Shown piece by piece: positions 25,819 through 31,366 of a DNA stretch of 31,366 bases. The notes under the pieces are model-generated. The model was not told the DNA's origin, did not search any database, and saw nothing but the letters and a program-made list of their open reading frames with translations. Position 1 is the stretch's first letter. Every line of letters starts with the position of its first letter. Location: NCBI GenBank assembly GCA_027319565.1, contig DAHVNA010000026.1:1-31366 (forward strand), given 5' to 3'. The position numbers and the translations under genes are program-made. The DNA comes from Elusimicrobiota bacterium (GTDB lineage: Bacteria; Elusimicrobiota; Elusimicrobia; UBA1565; UBA9628).

Positions 25819-26340
25819 TTGATGGATTATTTTAAATTGTCTTTGACGCGGAGGCGGATCGCGGGCGTTTTGGCGGTCGCTTCCGCTTTTTTATTTCTTT
25901 CTGCGAGAGCTTTTGCCGAAGTTCCCATCGGTCTTGGGGCGCAAGGGGTGAGCGTTAGTTACGCCGTTGCTAACGCCCTTCATCTGGACGTTCGCGACGC
26001 CTTGGGACGGCCGGTTTCTCGCTCCCTTATCCAAAAAGAGCTGAAAATTTCAGAGGCAAGAGCGCGCAGCCGGACTTCTTTTTTCTCTTCTCTTCCCAAG
26101 GCGCGGGCGATTAGTTTTTTTATTGAATGTGTTTGGAAACTCCCCATTTTCTCTTGGGGCGCCTCTCTGTTTGAGGCCAGAGCGCGCGTTTGGGCTCTTC
26201 CCGTTTCCAGAAAGAGGCCCTTGTTGGCGCGGGGGCTCTTGAGATGGATTTCGATTTTTTCAGGCGTATTTTTTGTCTCTTGTCTGATTTCCTTCCATCG
26301 GGAAGTATCCTACCTTAACTTTTCTGTTCTCCGCTGTTGA
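25819..26340 (+). CDS. Hypothetical exported or membrane protein, first gene after the riboswitch
   Basis: Signal-peptide-like RRRIAGVLAVASAFLFLSARAFA, C-terminal hydrophobic segment, ends SVLRC; no family recognised. Confidence 0.5.
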   Translation: MMDYFKLSLTRRRIAGVLAVASAFLFLSARAFAEVPIGLGAQGVSVSYAVANALHLDVRDALGRPVSRSLIQKELKISEARARSRTSFFSSLPKARAISFFIECVWKLPIFSWGASLFEARARVWALPVSRKRPLLARGLLRWISIFSGVFFVSCLISFHREVSYLNFSVLRC

Positions 26341-26459
26341 TTCTTCTTTTCTCCCCCTCATAAATCAAGAAACGAACAAGCTTGTTGAGAAGTCGTTAAG
26401 TGTTTGCGCGTCGGGTCTTATAGCTTTGAGTTCTCGCGCGCGCGAAGTCAAAGGAGAAG

Positions 26460-27113
26460 ATGAACAAGAAAGCGGCCAAATTGATGATCCTGGTTTTGGG
26501 CGCGCTTGGGTGTCTGGGTTTTTCCAGGGCCTGGGCTCAAAACACAGCCCCTCAGGGCCAAGCCGAGATTGCGCGCCCTTGGGCAGAGGGTTTTAGCGTC
26601 AGTCAATCCTCGATGTCCCGGCTTTTAGCGGTCAAATCGGTTTTTCAAGGTCCCAATAGAAGGGCGGCGAGCGCTTTAGAGGCGGCCTTTTTCCAAGAAC
26701 CCCGGGCTTCTATCCGGGCCTGGATGGTGCGGGCGGAAAACCATTCCGCGCCGGGCAATATATCGTTTTTAGAAACCGCGCTTAAAGACCCCAATGTTTT
26801 TGTCCGCGAAGCCGCTATTGTCGCCTTGGGAGAGTCCAAAAAGCCTCAGGCAGTTAAGGATTTGGCTCCGCTTTTGGCCACCGAGCCCGAGCCCGGCGCG
26901 CGGATAACCATCGCTTTTTGGCTGGGTCAATTGGGGGGAAGTTCTTCGGTTGTGGCGCTTTCCCAGGCCTTGGCTCAAGATAAAGATGCCAATGTTCGCC
27001 TTCAGGCGGCGCAGTCGCTTAAGGAGATTGGGAGTAGCTCGGCTTTGAGCGCTTTAAAGCAGGCGGCCAATGACCCTAATCCCCGGGTAAGGGGGCTAGC
27101 GCAAGGAAAGTAA
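26460..27113 (+). CDS. Exported HEAT/PBS-lyase repeat protein
   Basis: AAGGAG SD; signal peptide (AWA); LKDPNVFVREAAIVALG, DKDANVRLQAAQSLKEIG, NDPNPRVR. Confidence 0.85.
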   Translation: MNKKAAKLMILVLGALGCLGFSRAWAQNTAPQGQAEIARPWAEGFSVSQSSMSRLLAVKSVFQGPNRRAASALEAAFFQEPRASIRAWMVRAENHSAPGNISFLETALKDPNVFVREAAIVALGESKKPQAVKDLAPLLATEPEPGARITIAFWLGQLGGSSSVVALSQALAQDKDANVRLQAAQSLKEIGSSSALSALKQAANDPNPRVRGLAQGK

Positions 27114-27309
27114 CAGAAAGAAAATGAAAGCAACGGAAAGAAACGGAAAGTTACAGAAAGTAACGGAAGGTAACGGAAAGTTTGGATTGCTTTCCTTGGC
27201 TTTCCGTTACTTGCCGTTGCCTTCCGTTTCTGTCCGTGACTTGCCGTGTCTTTCCGCTGCTTGCCGTGTCTTTCCGTTGCCTTCCGTTGCCTTCTGTTTC
27301 CTTCTTTTC
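27101..27309. repeat. Inverted pair of 10-bp tandem repeat arrays (8 x NAACGGAAAG, then about 12 x CTTTCCGTTN)
   Basis: Units read directly at 27101-27180 and 27190-27309; TAACGGAAAG (27171) and CTTTCCGTTA (27200) are exact reverse complements. Confidence 0.92.
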
Positions 27310-30300
27310 TCCGTCCTCGCCTTTTTCCCCGGCAAAGCGGGGGCGCAGCAGTTGATTTCCAATTTCACCACGGGAGATGTTTCATGGCCGGGCAGCCGGC
27401 ACGTTTTTTATGATCACGGAATCGGGCAAGTTTTTGTCTTTTATTCCCAGCCCTACGGCATCGCCTACCGCTCTTATAATTTCAGTTCCTGGTCGAATGA
27501 ATCTGTTGTTATCTCAACAGGCCAAGCCCTGGCTCTTGACCCCACCACCACTGGTCCTGGCGGTAGCGCGCCCACGGACACAAACACGATGTATTCCAGC
27601 GTCTATTATGACCAAGCCTCAAGCTCGGTCTACGTTATCGCCTCGGATCCCAACGCTCTCCTTGAGAATAAATCAGGCCCAGGATGCACCAATGGATATG
27701 CGAACAGCGTCTTTCTCATTCACGGAACTATTAATTCGAACGGGTCTATTTCCTGGGGGAGCCTTGTTCAAAAAGCTCCCTCGGCTCAGGTGGCCAACTC
27801 CAATTCAGGAGGAGGTGAATGCGCCCCCGGGAGAAGCGTCGGAATTACCTACATGAAGGGCGCTCCGTCAGGCCTTATTTCCTTTGTCTGCGATGCCCAG
27901 GCGGTCAATGGCTGCGGAGCCGGAAACCCGACGTATAAAACTTCGATTATTGGCATGTATGGATTAAGCACCGCGTTTTCCGGCGGAACCGCTTGGTCTG
28001 CCGACCACAATGATGGCAATAGAGCCAGCAACACGTCTCCCGCCGAACTTAATTACGGAGAAATCGTTCCAGTCAATGACGTCTCCGGAGGCGGAAGTTA
28101 TGACTTCATGGTGTCTCAGGAATTTCAATATGGATCAGCTGTTATCAACTCTTATCAATACACGGGCACTTATAACTCTAATGAGTTGACCACGGGTGGA
28201 ATAGCTTCTTTTAACGCTTTAGTGACCGACTCCATGGCGCCCCAGCCGGATAATGTTTCTTCCCTGGCCGCTCTTGGCTATATAGATAGTTTGGGTGAGC
28301 TAAGCTATTACGAGCGCACGGGCTTTCAAACATGGGGGACTAAAGCCGTGATAGATGGATGCGGGGCTTCAATTACCACTCCCTGCGGAAACCCCAGCAC
28401 GGTTTACGTTGTCAATTCGCCCGTGGTTGGAGGCGATGCGGCGTACACGATTTATCTTTCTAGTTTTGGCGCGGTCAATTATGCCTACGGCGCTATCGCC
28501 AACGGACCATTCACTATTTCTTCTAACTGGCAGCCGGCGGCTGCGGAAACGGTGCCTCAAGCTCCGGCATATATCGTCGCGCCAGACCCAATTCCAGTGG
28601 TCATGGACAATACCTCGGGCGGGCTTGATTTTGAGTTTATTCCCACGGATGCGCTTGGACCGCCGACGATCACTTCTATTTCTTCATCGCCGACCACCGC
28701 TCCATTTTCAACGAATGCTTACGATCTTGTCCTGACCGGAACGAATTTCATGCAGGAGAGTAGCATCCTTCAATCCCAGGTCGGGATTCTTCTTGGAGGA
28801 GGCGCTCAGGGCAATATCACGGTGACTTCCACGACCTATGTCAGTTCGACTCAAATTAGGGCCTCCATCGTTATCAACAGCAATGGCGGCAGCCCCTATG
28901 ATATCCAGGTCAGCAATCCCGATGGCAGAAGCTCTATTGATTCCAAGGCTCTTTCTTTGCCTCTCCCCGTGGTCACAAGCGTGTCCGAGGATTTTGCCAA
29001 TCATCATTTGAGCAGTCCAAAATATGATCTTGTCATCAGCGGCTCCGGATTTGAGGATTGGGCAAGCCCCGGTCCCGTTTCGGTGACTCTTCTTAAAGGA
29101 GGGCTCACCCAAACGGAAATCAGCGTCACTTCTACTACTTATACGAGTCAGAATCAGTTGCGCGCCTCTATCGTTTTAAACCCGCCCATTTCAGGCGGCC
29201 CTTATGACGTAAAAGTGACAAATTCTGACGGGCAAACCTATACCTTGAGCGCGGCTTATTCCATTCCCGCGCCGACATTGACGGGAATTGTGATCAATGG
29301 TGAAGCGGTTCCGTCGGGAGGAATTGAGCCCAATATTCCGGATTGCGCTGGGAATAGTTGCCCTTCGACGCCATCTGGACGGCCGACAAGACAACTAGTG
29401 GTCTCGGGAGCCAATTTTGAAGACTGGACAAGCCCGATTGCCTCGGTCACGATCTCGGGCGTTTTTGTCGATTCGGTCACTTATTCCAATTCAGGACTTT
29501 TTACCGCCAATATCAACGTGACGACAGCGGCGGCATCGGGGCTTGAGAGCGTCACGGTCATCAACGCCGACGGCCAAGCCTCAAGCACGATCGCTTCGAC
29601 TTTTACCGTGACGGTTCCCACGGCGGCGGTGAGTTATCCGACCACTGTTTCCGGGACGATTTACAATCCCAACACCGCGATTTATTATTCATCGGGAGTT
29701 CCCAATATTTTGGGAACGGCGTCTTATTCTCCGGCTTCGGGGCAAACCTTCCTCTTGACGAGTCAAGCCGAAATCGAGCAATTGAGCGGAACCAACGCCG
29801 GTTATTTCTGGAACGGGGCCAATTTCCAGGCGGTTTCGGCTTTTACCGCTCCGGCTTCCGAAACGGAATGGCAGCCGGCCAGCGCGGCCACCCCGTGGAA
29901 TTACAGCGGTTGGACTAACAACAACACCGATCAAGCCGATGGAACTTCTTATAACATCGCTTGGCGGGGACTGACGGCGGATGAGGGCTGGAGCTATCCC
30001 ATTTCAAGCTTTACCTTGACGATCGATAAATCCCCGCCGGTGTCGAGCGTTTTGACGCCGGTCGGAGGCACTGTCGTCAATTCCCAGCCGGATATTCAAA
30101 TTCAATCGGTGGACGCGGGCGTTGGCGTGTCTCAGATGTGGATCTTGGCCGAAGACACCAATTCGTTTTCCTGGACCGGGTCTTCCTGGAGCGCGATTCC
30201 CGGAGCGATGTTTATTTCGACCAACGGCGCGGGCGGAGGATCGCCGAATATGGTTTTCTCTCCTCCGGAGGAAAATCCGGGGATTTTGACCTTTAACTCG

Positions 30301-31366
30301 GCTACGACCATTCAAGTTCCGGCTTGGAAAAATGGAGCCGAGTACAGCATTCAGGCCGCGGGACAAGACGCCTTGGGTCATTACCAAGCCGCGTCCGCGA
30401 TCAACTTTTTTTATGATGTCAATAACCCCACGGCGACGATTATCTCTCCCGTCATTAGCGCCAACTCCGCCAGTCCCACCTGGCTTAACTCTCTCACGAA
30501 TATTTCAGGCTCTATTTCGGATTTAGACATCATCAGTGGAAACACGATTTTCTCGGTCAATAACACCGTCGCCATTCAAATTAAAGATTTAACCAACGGG
30601 AATTTCTTTAACGGCTCAAGCTCTTTAATTGAAGGCTCGAGCCAAACCTTTATCTCGACCTCGGCCGTTCCCTCTAATGAAAACGGGGCCGACCCCTTCA
30701 TGTATTTTTATTATACGACCACCAACGGCTCTTGGACTGACGCTATTTCCGGAGTTCCCTTTCAAAACGGGCATGATTATCGCATCGCGATGTATGCCTG
30801 TAATCCCACCGAGCCGATTACTTCCCCCGCCAATCCCGGCTGCGACGGCGGAGACGGAACCACCGCTTCCGATTCAGACGGTTCCGCGACTTCCGCGCCC
30901 CCGGCTTTTATCGGCTATTTTAATTTCAATAATAATCCGCCGACTTCCGCGGTCACTTTCCCGACGACTTTAGCCACCCCTAACGCCTTTGGCGACAATG
31001 CCACTAAAACCGCCTCGTCTTTGTCGATGCTTTGGGGAACGGCTTCCGCCGCGACCGACGTTTCCGGGATATTCGCCGAAGAATATACTCTTCAAGACAC
31101 GATCACGGGCGATTATTGGTGTAATCCCGCTTCCACTGCGCCCAATAGCTCTTGTTATGGAGCCGGTTCGCCTGGATTTATTTCTCTGACCGTTGGCCAG
31201 ACCGCGCCCTGGATTGTCGCTCAGACAACGACGACGCCGGCTTGGGCGGGTTGGGAAATCAACAATATTCCGTTTCTTAACGGCCATTCTTTTCAGCTGA
31301 TTACCAAGGCGGTCGACAACGCCGGAAACGTTCAAGTCGTCTATTCCACGACCAATTTTATCTATG
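27124..31366 (+). CDS. Large secreted or surface protein with IPT/TIG and Ig-like repeats (at least 1414 aa, 3'-truncated by window)
   Basis: Frame +1 from ATG 27124 had no stop in the segments I translated and no terminated ORF is listed for it; signal ends AGA-QQ; three IPT/TIG-like repeats at about 28660-29610 (YDLVLTGTNF...YDIQVSNPDG); Ig-like linkers DKSPPVS, YDVNNPTA, KAVDNAGN; S/T/G/N-rich. Confidence 0.88.
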   Translation, partial: MKATERNGKLQKVTEGNGKFGLLSLAFRYLPLPSVSVRDLPCLSAACRVFPLPSVAFCFLLFSVLAFFPGKAGAQQLISNFTTGDVSWPGSRHVFYDHGIGQVFVFYSQPYGIAYRSYNFSSWSNESVVISTGQALALDPTTTGPGGSAPTDTNTMYSSVYYDQASSSVYVIASDPNALLENKSGPGCTNGYANSVFLIHGTINSNGSISWGSLVQKAPSAQVANSNSGGGECAPGRSVGITYMKGAPSGLISFVCDAQAVNGCGAGNPTYKTSIIGMYGLSTAFSGGTAWSADHNDGNRASNTSPAELNYGEIVPVNDVSGGGSYDFMVSQEFQYGSAVINSYQYTGTYNSNELTTGGIASFNALVTDSMAPQPDNVSSLAALGYIDSLGELSYYERTGFQTWGTKAVIDGCGASITTPCGNPSTVYVVNSPVVGGDAAYTIYLSSFGAVNYAYGAIANGPFTISSNWQPAAAETVPQAPAYIVAPDPIPVVMDNTSGGLDFEFIPTDALGPPTITSISSSPTTAPFSTNAYDLVLTGTNFMQESSILQSQVGILLGGGAQGNITVTSTTYVSSTQIRASIVINSNGGSPYDIQVSNPDGRSSIDSKALSLPLPVVTSVSEDFANHHLSSPKYDLVISGSGFEDWASPGPVSVTLLKGGLTQTEISVTSTTYTSQNQLRASIVLNPPISGGPYDVKVTNSDGQTYTLSAAYSIPAPTLTGIVINGEAVPSGGIEPNIPDCAGNSCPSTPSGRPTRQLVVSGANFEDWTSPIASVTISGVFVDSVTYSNSGLFTANINVTTAAASGLESVTVINADGQASSTIASTFTVTVPTAAVSYPTTVSGTIYNPNTAIYYSSGVPNILGTASYSPASGQTFLLTSQAEIEQLSGTNAGYFWNGANFQAVSAFTAPASETEWQPASAATPWNYSGWTNNNTDQADGTSYNIAWRGLTADEGWSYPISSFTLTIDKSPPVSSVLTPVGGTVVNSQPDIQIQSVDAGVGVSQMWILAEDTNSFSWTGSSWSAIPGAMFISTNGAGGGSPNMVFSPPEENPGILTFNSATTIQVPAWKNGAEYSIQAAGQDALGHYQAASAINFFYDVNNPTATIISPVISANSASPTWLNSLTNISGSISDLDIISGNTIFSVNNTVAIQIKDLTNGNFFNGSSSLIEGSSQTFISTSAVPSNENGADPFMYFYYTTTNGSWTDAISGVPFQNGHDYRIAMYACNPTEPITSPANPGCDGGDGTTASDSDGSATSAPPAFIGYFNFNNNPPTSAVTFPTTLATPNAFGDNATKTASSLSMLWGTASAATDVSGIFAEEYTLQDTITGDYWCNPASTAPNSSCYGAGSPGFISLTVGQTAPWIVAQTTTTPAWAGWEINNIPFLNGHSFQLITKAVDNAGNVQVVYSTTNFIY

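Noticed and set aside
27101..27309. CRISPR array
   Set aside because: Units are 10 bp, contiguous and have no unique spacers; no cas genes in the window.
27377..31335. Many short ORFs on both strands
   Set aside because: Shadow frames of the long frame +1 gene starting at 27124.

Overview
Compact, mostly housekeeping and cell-envelope region of a diderm (LPS-making) bacterium; the gene content and style suggest an Elusimicrobiota-like lineage, but this is a low-confidence impression. In order: the 3' end of an Mrp/ApbC ATPase, a peroxiredoxin, lptF-lptG; a minus-strand ECF sigma / ZAS anti-sigma / RseB-like / RadC-JAB / lipoprotein operon; tRNA-Cys(GCA); a PorV-like barrel-LysM / pseudo-receiver-propeller / PilZ-like operon; a 1380-bp AAA-ATPase cassette bounded by a 77-bp duplication of the 3' end of a DUF3108-like gene; an LPS cluster (lpxK, two GT9, a deacetylase, GT2, two GT4, an AsnB-like amidotransferase); a short tilS; RNase P RNA; cysS-rlmB-CDF-thiN; and a c-di-GMP-I riboswitch heading an operon that ends in a >1400-aa Ig-repeat surface protein missing from the ORF track because it runs off the window. 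The most unusual items are: (1) a palindromic array of 10-bp repeats that contains a stop codon and a start codon and encodes the signal peptide of the large protein; (2) the integrase-less ATPase cassette with a near-synonymous replacement gene end; (3) an RNase P RNA lacking P18 with a covaried P4; (4) a heptosyltransferase with two N-terminal domains.
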